From contig NC_043025.1 of the NCBI RefSeq assembly GCF_006345805.1, forward strand, positions 1,364,001-1,428,000: a stretch of DNA of 64,000 bases, read 5' to 3'. The stretch comes from Octopus sinensis (taxonomy: Eukaryota). The position numbers and the translations under genes were made by a program. The notes under the pieces are model-generated. The model searched no databases, was not told the DNA's origin, and worked only from the letters and a program-made list of their open reading frames with translations. Positions 53,601 to 64,000 of the stretch are shown one piece after another (within the stretch, counting starts at the first letter, position 1; every line of letters begins with the position of its first letter).

Positions 53601-55979
53601 ACAAGTCACAAATTTGTGATCCGTGTAGGGCACAATGTGAAACTGTGGACAAGTAAACGTATCCTTATCTCTTTTCCTAACGAATATACGATCTGCGTAA
53701 GCCGTCGTTGTTACTCCACGTCCACTGTGGAACGCTCGGCTCATCCAGTCGATAACGGTCTACTAGATTAAAGCTCTCTAGTAGACCCTTGAGGCTAGGG
53801 TTCCCCTTTCTATTGGTTGAGCTAACACTGTCGACCCGCGCTTCGAGGACAGTGTTAAAGTCCCCTACTAAGACTACCGTTTTCGACGTCACTAAAGAGT
53901 GCTCCAGATTCCGAAAAAAACCCGACTGCCTACACGCATTCGGAGCGTAGACAGCTACCAACCTGAAGGACTGTTTACTTACGTGGGTCACATCCAGAAC
54001 GACCAGCCTGCCTTCTGGGTCCAGAAAGACAGTACTTACCTGCAAGTCCAAGCTCTTCCTGGTAAGGACTGCCACGCCCCTTCCTCCTCCTCGGCTAGGA
54101 GAGATAAATTCTCGAAACCATTTAGAAGAGGCGAGAACGCTTGGGCCCCGTTCATCTTGGACTCGGTTACAATAGCTACGTCCACTCCGTGTGTCGTGAG
54201 GTCGTTCAGGAGACAAATTTGTTTCCATTTCGACCCCATTCCACGCACATTCACACAACCCAGCTTTGCCATTGTCGGAGAGAGAAAAAATTAAATAAAC
54301 TTACGGTTGGGACAGGGAGCATGACAGTTTAAATCTGCATGCTTCCCCTTCTTCCTCCCTTGTGGTCGTAGCTGCAGGGCTCTTAACCGGCGTTGCCATC
54401 GGGCTCTGGGTAGGTGTGGTTGCCGGGGTTATATAGTAAGTTTGCCCTCCAGTATTTCGTTAGTTACGTCTCTGATAAGGTTATTTTTTAAATGTTCTTA
54501 GAGTGTTTTTTCCTTCCACTCGTCTTCTTTTATTTTTGCAAAACGAGTGGTCGACTTAGTGTCTGCAGACTTACTGAATAATTTCAGTTTTGAAAATTTA
54601 AAATACTTGAACACTCTATCGTTTCTCTCGTCGAATGCTACAATCTTTTCATTTTTTTTAATCAATTTTTTCCAATCTTGTTTTATGGGGAGGGGCTTGG
54701 CGAACTGTGTTCCAATGAATACAGTGCCGTGGGGGTAGGGCTGGGGAATTTGTTTTGTATGTATCTCTGCGATGTTTGCTGATTTTATCTTTGTTTGGGG
54801 AGGGGAGTCCAGGGTATTTTCTTTTTTTCTTTTGTGTGTCTCCTGTGTAAATTCCATTTGTTCATTTTCATCTTCCGTTTCGATTCCCTTCCTTGTCGCA
54901 GTCTTGGGGTCTTTTTCCGCCTTTTCTTTTTCTGTGTTTGAAGCACTTTGAGGAGGGGCTTCGCTGTTTTTCTTTTTTTTTATGCAGTTCGAGCGGACGT
55001 GACCCTTTTCACCACATTTGAAACACCTAGGTCTGCGCCCCTCCACTGACACTCTCATTGAAATTCCCTCCTCAATAAATACCCTATCGGGTAAGTTTTC
55101 TAGCACCTTATTTTCTGCTTGAACGAGGAGTTCGAGCGCTTGTCCCTTCCAGTTTACCTCCTCTTTCCTTTTCATCTGCAGAATTGAGACTTTCTGCTCT
55201 ACGTCGTGCAGAACCGCCGCTGCTACCCACATTATATCATATCCTCTTGGTATATCTTCTACATATAGTTTCGCAGTTCTTTTGCCCATATAGGTAGGTA
55301 GTAACATAATGTCCTCATTTTTTAAGGTCATTGATGAAATTTCTCTTGCCACATCAGCCGAGTCGAAATGTGCTTCAACGGTAGCGCTGCGGGCACCTCG
55401 ACCGACGTAGCGAATTTTGCTCCACACCGGGGACAAGCACTTCTCTACTATTTCGTTCTTCACGTCCATTATTTTTTTCTCTTTGTTACTGTAAACCTTG
55501 TACACGACTGTCTTGGCCTTTATTTCCTGTAATATCGCTTGCGGCGGTACCAGTTTTATTTTGTTGCCTTCCTTTTTGACCAAGTTCCGGTATTCGAACA
55601 ACTGTTCTATTTTGAATTCCACTTCCGTTACGGTTCCGCCCACTGCGACCAAAAAAGATTGTTTTCTAACCTCGATATCCTTCTGTTCCCCTTTTCCCAT
55701 CACGGGAAAGTCGCTCCTCGACGCCAAGTCGAACTCCATTTCTCAAATTATGAGAACCAATTTTTCAATAAAAAAAAAAATTATCCCGAAGGTAATAACA
55801 ATGTTTATACACAGAATTTTCAGCCCCGTGGGGCGAAAATTACTGTCACACAACGGACAACTGTTCAATTCACGAGCAAACACAAACAACCTCGAACAAA
55901 AAACGAACTCACTCAACAAAATAGGCAGCAAACTTCTCAATACGCAGATGAAAGAGGGGTCCCTAGACGAGTGACAAAC
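50659..55979 (-). mobile_element. Full-length Tx1/L1-type LINE (5.3 kb) with 14-bp TSD; ORF1 intact, ORF2 frameshifted
   Basis: TSD CACCAGATCACGAT at 50645-50658 and 55980-55993. ORF2 starts at 54272 (GCVNVRG, VTESK), with YADD and CPRC...ETVQHAFVHC. AATAAA near the 3' end. Confidence 0.93.
54498..55739 (-). CDS. Tx1 ORF1 gag-like protein with zinc knuckle
   Basis: 413-aa ORF containing RCFKCGEKGHVRSNC, directly upstream of ORF2. Confidence 0.88.
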   Translation of the reverse strand: MEFDLASRSDFPVMGKGEQKDIEVRKQSFLVAVGGTVTEVEFKIEQLFEYRNLVKKEGNKIKLVPPQAILQEIKAKTVVYKVYSNKEKKIMDVKNEIVEKCLSPVWSKIRYVGRGARSATVEAHFDSADVAREISSMTLKNEDIMLLPTYMGKRTAKLYVEDIPRGYDIMWVAAAVLHDVEQKVSILQMKRKEEVNWKGQALELLVQAENKVLENLPDRVFIEEGISMRVSVEGRRPRCFKCGEKGHVRSNCIKKKKNSEAPPQSASNTEKEKAEKDPKTATRKGIETEDENEQMEFTQETHKRKKENTLDSPPQTKIKSANIAEIHTKQIPQPYPHGTVFIGTQFAKPLPIKQDWKKLIKKNEKIVAFDERNDRVFKYFKFSKLKLFSKSADTKSTTRFAKIKEDEWKEKTL

Positions 55980-56189
55980 CACCAGATCACGATGAAAGAC
56001 AAGGCCTGTTTGCAAATATATAAGAGTTTTTCTAGTGACGTCTGCCACTGATTTCGAAAAACTGACTGTAAGCATTATTAAATCTCAGAACGAGATGTAA
56101 ACAGTAATCGCTCGACAATGTAAAGTATAAAAGCCATCTCAATTTGGCTAACCACAAAGGTGGGTGTTACAGTAGCTTTTTAGCCCCAG

Positions 56190-57317
56190 CTAAAATTGCT
56201 GTTTCTTTTCAGATATCATCAGAAAAAGGTAATTAAAGTTCATTAAAATGACAGATCTATCGGACTTTCAAAGAGGTCGAATTGTTGGTGCTCGTATGGC
56301 AGGCACTAGCATAACAAAAACAACCGAAATCTCTGGTGTATCTAGAAGAACTGTCTCAAAAATAATTATACCTTTTGGGAAAGATGGAAAAAACCTCCTT
56401 GTCGAAACAAACCTCCGACAGAAAACCAAAACTTTCAGAAAGAGGCCAACGGAATCTTACGAGAATAGTTAGAAGGGATCACAAACGTTCAGCTTCCAAA
56501 ATTATTGTAGAGCTTAATGACCACATTGAGAATCCACGTTCCCGAGAAACTGTTCACCAGGAGTTGCACAAAGCCGAATTTCATGGGAGGGCTGCAATCA
56601 GAAAACCCCTACTTTCAAAAACAAACGTTACAAAGGATGTAGAGTGAAGTAAAAACCTACAGAATTGGTCCTTGGAGCAGTGGAAGAATGTTATTTTCTC
56701 GAACGAGTCATGCTTTACCTTTTATCCGACTACCGGCCAAAAGAAGTATTTGACCCAAACTGCCTTCTTCTAACTGTAAAACATGGAGGAGGATCTGTGA
56801 TGATCTGGGGGTGAGGGGGCTATATCTTGGAAATCTGCTGGCCCAATGGTTTCTCTTCATGTCAGAATTAATAGTCAAGACTATTTAAGCATTTTATCTG
56901 CTCAAATTCATCCTATGGTTGCGGAACTGTTTCTGGAGGGAAACGCAATCTTTCAGGATGATAATGCAACAATTCACACAGCTAAAGTTGTTACTGAATG
57001 GCACGAGGAACATTCTAGTGAAGTTAAACATCTTATCTGGCCACCACAGTCCCCAGATCTCAATATTATTGAACATTTATGGTGCATTTTAGAAAAAGAA
57101 GTAAGGTGTTGATATCCTTCACCATCATCACTACAAGAACTGGAGCCTGTTTTAGCTGAAGAATGGACAAAAATTCCTTTGGAAACAATTCAAACTTTAT
57201 ATGAGTCCACACCTTGTAGAATTCAAGCTGTACTTACTGCCAAAGGCGGTCCTACACCATATCAAAATAAATTTGTTTGAAATTTTAAGGTGTTTCCATT
57301 ATTTTGTCCAACCCCTG
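56190..57317 (+). mobile_element. Tc1 (DD34E) transposon, left end missing, frameshifted
   Basis: LSDFQRGRIVG, FQDDNA and WPPQSPDLNIIEHLW motifs; right TIR ...TTTTGTCCAACCCCTG|TA. Confidence 0.9.
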
Positions 57318-57338
57318 TATATATGTGAATATATATGC

Positions 57339-57380
<42 letters not shown>

Positions 57381-57756
57381 AAAAGATGGTGGGGATGCAA
57401 AAATGACATACATCATCCGGTAGACATTCTATTATGTGTATTTATTCAAAAACATAAGAAAGTATTATAAGAATACATACACACGCAAAGACTATGCATT
57501 ACAGACACATGTACTAGTAATACAAAAAAGAGTAAAAGGTCAGTTCCTTAAAACCGTTTATGCCGAGAGGCAATGAGATCCTCCATGCTATCACCATGCC
57601 ATCAGTGTTCTGTAGGGATGGTGGATAAAGTTTGGATGATGAAGTGTGCCTCTAGGCTTCTTCAGAGGGTCTAAATGGTTAAGAGGGCTAATACATATAA
57701 GAAACACTTAACTATCCCTTAGTTGGTTAGCTTCCCAACCTCTAACTCTCACAGGA

Positions 57757-57811
57757 ATATACATACATACATACATACATACATACATACATACATACAT
57801 GCATGCATACA

Positions 57812-57845
<34 letters not shown>

Positions 57846-58256
57846 CATACATACATACATGCATGCATGCATGCATGCATACATACATACATACACACAC
57901 ACACATACATACATACATACATACATACACACATGCATACACACACACACATACATACATGCATGCATGCATACATAAATGCATGCATGCATACATAAAT
58001 GCATGCATACATAAATGCAAACATACATACATGCATACATGCATGCATACATATATACATACATACATGCATACATAAATGCATGCATACAAACATACAT
58101 ACATGCATACATACATGCATACATAAATACATGCATACATACATAAATACATGCATACAAACATACATACATGAATACATACAAACATACATACATGAAT
58201 ACATACATACATACATGCATACAAACATACATACATACATACATACATGCATGCAT
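57757..58256. repeat. (CATA)n/(CATG)n microsatellite
   Basis: Simple repeat. Confidence 0.96.
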
Positions 58257-59460
58257 GATGGCCGTCCACTCGTGACCGAGGAAGACCATCAGGAACATTG
58301 TGCGCTTTAGGACTAACTTATATTTTGCATTTGCGGCTCCGTTGGTGGCTAATGAGCCCTGCTCTTGACAAGCATACACGACTGCAAACATTGCAGACCA
58401 AGCTTTCCCCATTCACTATATGAGCCATGCGCTTTCGCGCAGCTCGCTTAAGTTCTTCATGCTGGATACGTGCTCTCTCAAAAGTGTCGATCCCTTCCTT
58501 AACCTGCTTCCTCCATCTGTGGCGATGACAGGCATTGTTCTCCCAGTCAGTGTCCTGCTTGTAATAAGGCCTTTAATGAGGACTTGACACAGTCCTTAAA
58601 TCGCAGCCTTGGTTTCTGCCGGAGTCTCCTTCCATTCACAAGTTCCCCATATAGCATCTGCTTAGGAATCCTGCTATCCTTCATTCTAATAAGTTGTCCA
58701 CTCTAATGTAACCAGTGCTTGTGCACCACCGCCTCAATACTCAAGATATCAGCTGTCCTCAGGATCTGTGTGTCTGGAATTTTTGAGGTCCAGCCAACAT
58801 TGAGAATGTGTCTGAGACATCTCTGATGAAAACGTTCAAGGACCTTTACCTGACGTTTGTATAGAGTCCATGTCTCACATGAGTAGAGAAACGATCTCAG
58901 TACACATGCACGGTACATGGCAACTTTTGTTCTCCTTGCGATGCCTTGTTGGGACCAGACACGAGACTGATGGGACTGGGACTGGAAGGAATTAGTTGCT
59001 CTCTGCAACCTGAAAGATATTTCCTCATCCAAGGAGCAGGAACGGCTGAGTGTGCTGCCCAGGTAGACAAACTTGTCTTCTACCTTCAGAATTGTTCCTT
59101 CAACCAAGATAGCTGGTTCTTTATATGGATTTCCTGGTGCAGGCTGGAACATTACAACAGTCTTGTCCAGGCTAATGCTGAGTCCAAATGCCCTGCAAGA
59201 AGCAGAAATGCAACATACATACATACATGGGCTACATATGCTTCACAGAGAGTGAAAGCTTGGATGTGGTAAATATCCAAGTGGGGTGAATACCGTAGGC
59301 TACTCGTCAGACCAAATCTTCCATGAGTTAACATGTACCTCCTTGCAGCAAATTAAATTACCTTTCAGTCAAAATACTCTTGTCCTGATGACTAGCCTCA
59401 GCTATACACCTTGCTTGGATATCTACCATTTCCGAGGTTCTGCTCGCTATGAAACATTTG
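58257..59460 (-). mobile_element. RTE LINE 3' fragment
   Basis: GLSISLDKT, FVYLGSTLS, LYSCETWT, FHQRCLRHIL and a terminal zinc finger. Confidence 0.87.
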
Positions 59461-60660
59461 TAGCCCCAATCGTATCTACTCCATTCCTTAACTCTTCTAT
59501 TCTTATTCGCTCACTCAGGAGCCCTGGTCATCTACCATGAAATATAAAGATATTTTTTTCAACTTATCATACTTCAATACAGAAAAAAACTACAACCGTC
59601 CGCCTCAATAAACCACTTTTGTTCCTGAGAGGTTTTTGTTTTTCTCATTTACTACAGATTGCTTGAAACCAACTTTCTTTCTACACCTCAATCCTTGGAT
59701 CTTATATTTATATATGTGCCTGTTACTCTGTGTGTGTGGAACTCAACCAACTCTCTGGTTCCAATATGAATGAAGGTCACTACAGATGTGTGACTTTATC
59801 TCAGACAGTTTGATGAACATCTCAGTGCTGATGCAATGTTTTCTTTGGTGAGAACATGCTACGCTGACAGTCAAATCTTCGTCTCAGTTCACTTCTGGAA
59901 TTGTCTATCAGACTAACAGTTTGAACAATTTATCACCTACAATGTGTTGATGTGCTGCTTCAGCTGTGACACTGATTCTTACTGTCTTTGCGTCACCTTC
60001 ATCATCCAAAAATGCTTCTTTATTAATTCTGGAATCATTATCGACATGCTTGGCTCTGTCTGTGTGGTGTTGCTTGTCTTATGTCTGAAGAAATTGCTGT
60101 GTTTCAGCTGGTCTCTCTCTCTCTCTCTCTCTCTCTGATATAACATACATGCTTTGTTGTCATGTTCCATTTATATACACAATACTCCCCGATCCCTATT
60201 TCCCTTGCTGTGGCCAGTTGGCTTTATCGAGCCCCATGTATAGATAAGTTCTTGTTGGTTTGTTGTGATATTTCTTCCTTTATATTTCCTATTTTTGACT
60301 TGATTCTGTGATTTTTTAATATTTTGTTTAGTGAATGATTTATGATATTGTGTTTGACAAATGAATATTTATGCATTAAGTATCAATGAACTTGATGTTA
60401 CTCAATAAGGTCAGTTCCGTTGAATATTCTGACCATATATTTAAAATATTATCTTAATGCAGAAAATAAAGTAGAAACAAACGAAAAATGGAAATAGACT
60501 AAACTTAAAACCATGAGGGAACTCAATACTGTGTTACCAGTTTAATCACTGGATATTCAAACTATGCGTAAATGTAGTTGAATTTTTGTGTAATATGGGG
60601 CATCTGTAATGTATATTTGTGTAATTTTGTATTCATCATTTTATATTTTATCATTTTCAG

Positions 60661-60833
60661 TTCTGGAAAAGGCTTGGATTGGAAAAAGAAGAGAAGCTAT
60701 GTGGCACCGTTATTGCTTGCTATCTAGGTCGTTCGAAAGCAAACTTTCACCAAAAAAACAATTCTGGGAAGACCCCAGTAGATCTCATAGAGTCCGATTA
60801 TCAAGAGAAAATAAAAGAGCTTTTCCCACCGTT
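60661..60833 (+). CDS. Ankyrin gene exon D (MIB2-like final ANK region)
   Basis: TTTCAG acceptor, GTAAGT donor. Phase-0 reading FWKRLGLEKEEKLCGTVIACYLGRSKANFHQKNNSGKTPVDLI resembles the MIB2 A-ACFLA-EGAD...N-G-SPLDL segment. The listed ORF 60609 is in the wrong frame. Confidence 0.8.
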
Positions 60834-61532
60834 GTAAGTATTCCATGGCAAAGACAATGTAAATCAGTGAATCTTCAATTTTGTACATAACCAAGTTTAT
60901 ATGTATTGTGTTGTGTTCATTCTAACAATAAATTATACTGTCACTAGTGTCTTGACTAAAAACTACACAATAACAGTAAGAACAATAAATGGAAAATACA
61001 TTTGTTAGGGGGTCAAACAAAGAACACTATTTTGATTATAGTCACATGATTGGTTGTATTGATAGTTATAGCTTGCAGACCACCCCCACCCCCAACATAT
61101 ATCTCTTAAATCACTATTTCAAAGTTCTGTGACCACCAGAAAGAATGTAGTATTAAATAATGAAGTGAATGGACACATTATGAAATTGTTACTTAGAAGA
61201 GGAATTTGTCTACCAACAAGTTTTTCTGCTTCTTCTTTGTCCAAATCGGTCATCATTATGTGAGGTTTCATAAAAGAAAAATCTTCTACAAATACGCGCT
61301 AACAATATGTGTGTATGTAAGAAATATCACTTTCTTGTTTGTATAATAAAAAACACATTTGACGCTTCCCAAAACAAAATGTTGTTAACAAGATGTTATT
61401 GCATTCCAATTAAGCTTTTATAGCCTTGTTAAGCTATACGCAAACAAACTAGTGAAGATGAGAATACGTTTACCAAAAGGTTTATTACTTGACCTACACC
61501 TGGGCTTAAGTCGCCACTTATTTCTGTTTCGT

Positions 61533-62600
61533 TCAAATTTGTTTCACACTCACTGTTGATATTCTTTTGTTTTGAGGTGGTTCATAGTTGCTGAGGGGTG
61601 CTTTGGTATGTTGATGGACTTTGGCTTGTTGACAGGGGTCGCAGGACCTGGTCCACTCCCCAATTTTCTTGGCTATACTGCGCCAGATAAATTTGCTTGA
61701 CAGCAGCCGCCGTGTGGCTTTAGTACCTGGGTGGGAAAATCCACGAATGATGTCGAAAACTCTCTTGCGCCAGGCTGATTGGAGAATTCGGTCATGTCTT
61801 CCCAGTGAATACGTCACACAGTAGGGTTGTGCCGTTAGAGCCAAAGTGTACATCCTGCTAAGAAAGTGATGTGATGGCAATGCGGTAGGCCCTGATCTCA
61901 TCATCTGCCCGTTGGGTTGCAACCATAGCTTCGTAATCCAGGCCTTCTGTTATTGGTGCTAGGTAGGTGTGAGAGCGAGTAGGAGCATGAGAGAATGTGT
62001 CGGCAACTAGGTTGCCCTTGCCGGCTATGTGTTGGATGTCTGTTGTGTACTCAGAAATTGCTGATAACTGTCATTGCTGGCGTGCAGGCCAAGGTTCCAA
62101 GAGCTTGCTCATAGCGAAGGTGAGGGCTTTGTGACCTGTGAATACTGTAAATGTGCGAGCTTCAAGGAAATAGCGAAAGTGGCAGACACCTAGATGAACA
62201 GCCAGTAGTTCCTTGTCAAAAGCACTGTATTTCTGTTCATGGGGTCATAGATGTCGGCTGAAGAAGGCGAGCAGTCGCCACTGACTGTTGATGTGTTATT
62301 CCAAAACGTCCCCAATGGCTGTGTCGGATGCGTGAATGTGAGTTCAATCCAAGCGGACATATGAGGATGGGACAGCAAGTTTGCTTGAGTCAGGGCTTGT
62401 TTTGTGGATTTGAAGGCTGAAGTCATCTCACCCCACCTGCCGTTTTGAACCCTCTTTTGACAGTGCCTTGTATAGGGTTCTCATCACTTTTGCCGCAGAA
62501 GGGATAAAGTGATAGTAAAAGTTTACCACGCCCACGAATTGATGTAGAGCCTTGCTTGTGGTGGGGTGTGGAAAGGTTAGGATAGCTTTTAGTTTTCCTG
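61533..62600 (-). mobile_element. Gypsy LTR retrotransposon pol fragment (RT connection, RNase H, integrase zinc-binding)
   Basis: QFVGVVNFY..FIP, IQHIAGKGNLVAD, SHPG...W...C..CQ motifs. Confidence 0.85.
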
Positions 62601-62639
62601 GCATAAAAGACAGACAGACAGAAAAGGGAACAATTAAAG

Positions 62640-63700
62640 AGTGAGAAAACTCTAAGTGTGGACATATGATAGCCATATATAACTTTAAGTAGAGAACTCA
62701 CAAGAAGTAGGTGAAGTGATGCTAAAACATTTTTGATGTTTTTTGTTGATTTTAGAAATGTGCTTTGTCCGTCACAGATCATTATTTTCATCAATACCAA
62801 GATCAAGTCCACCAGGAGACTTCTTAAGTTTTGTGTTATGCATGGAGTAGGTAAATTATGGAGTTTTCTTCTCAAAATCGACAGGCAATTCGAGTTGCCT
62901 GTCAGCAATCCATTACTGCAGGGAGTCAAAATCAGTTTGCAGGAAAGACCTATAGCATATACTCATATACTTTGAGTTGGCATCTATTTAGTTAATACAA
63001 GAAGCTTCAGAGGACCAGGAACAAACCCCTGCAAATCTTCAGATGTGATGCAGAATGTTTTCCTTGAACTGTGACTAATTTGATTTGACGGAGAATGAAG
63101 CATATCAACCAGATATAGTATTAGACCTTATGAATATTTCTAACAGTTTCACCAGAATTAATTTGTGTGGCATAGAATTACAAAAGTTTTGGTGCAATTT
63201 AGGAGATGTTTTCAAGAAAATCACAGCAGATGGAGTTAAAGATAAATCTGAATTGTGAGGGTTGAAGAAGGTGATGAGAGTTTCAGAGTGTTTCTTTCTG
63301 GCACAAGCCTTTATTAATTTGGTGAGACAATGAGTGAAACTGACTGGACAATAGTTGACAGGTGATGAGTGGTCACCCATTTTGGACAAAGAAATAATAC
63401 TGGAAATTTTCCTTTGTTCTGGGGACACAGAGTTACTAAAATCAAATTCGAAAAAGTTGGTGTAGCAGGAAAAGGATGCTACCTTTGAGAAGCAGATAAA
63501 TAACAGATAAATGCTTCAGTGGGAGGTTAATGTAACTAATCTGGATTTTGATCTAATCAAATGAGACAGATTTTGTTTTTGGGAGAAACATATTTGAAGT
63601 GGACAAGTTGTGAGACAATGGTTATAGATCAATGATTTCTTCAGATACACCACAATTGCATCCTGTGTGGCCAGATTCAGTGGCTGCTTTCTCAGTGTCC
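62640..63700 (-). mobile_element. Highly degenerate LINE RT remnant
   Basis: VNYCPVSFT and PHKLILVKL motifs. Confidence 0.5.
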
Positions 63701-64000
63701 CCGGGTTGTGGATATAACTAGGGGCAGGTTTGTATACTGAGTATGATGGAATGAGTCTTCGTTGTGTGATTCTGTACGGATTCCTGCTTTAATATCTCTA
63801 ATGTCAAATTTCTGAAGTTTCTGTCTGGATGCCAGCAATTGTTGGAAAAGACACACAGATCAGCCACAGAAAGGACCAGCTTCGTAGTCCTATATTTCCT
63901 ACATTTCGTCCATCAGAGAACCATTGTCTACCTTTTATTGGACTGGAACACTGAAGGCAGATAGAAGCATGACATTTACTGCAATCAACTCATCAATTTT

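Larger units (their letters stand above)
50432..56189 (-). mobile_element. Second retrozyme-like unit (356-bp monomer, 67-bp terminal direct repeat) split by the Tx1 insertion
   Basis: 50432-50498 is similar to 56123-56189. Removing Tx1 and one TSD leaves 227 + 129 bp. Confidence 0.7.

Overview
Eukaryotic, repeat-saturated animal DNA. The SINE/LINE families and dense (TA)n/(CATA)n tracts suggest an octopus or other cephalopod, which is an inference. There is a 100-N gap at 2492-2591. One host gene is visible: a plus-strand ankyrin-repeat gene resembling Mind bomb 2, with four exons I could join in frame (28058-28638, 34523-34559, 44009-44218, 60661-60833). Almost everything else is transposon-derived: RTE, CR1-group, R4/Dong and Tx1/L1 LINEs, two types of Penelope-like elements, Helitrons, mariner/Tc1 elements, a Gypsy fragment and SINE tails. 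The main signal missing from the ORF track is about 11 type I hammerhead-ribozyme (HHR) motifs from several unrelated families, three of them within about 850 bp at 49.8-50.6 kb. Two of these sit in ORF-less, terminally redundant 356-459 bp retrozyme-like units. A full-length Tx1 LINE with a 14-bp target-site duplication is inserted co-directionally about 20 nt upstream of one such ribozyme. A Dong/R4 element is inserted in the (AAT)n poly-Asn linker of a Naiad-type Penelope ORF. Bases 1-2491 are a near-identical copy of 51439-53929.
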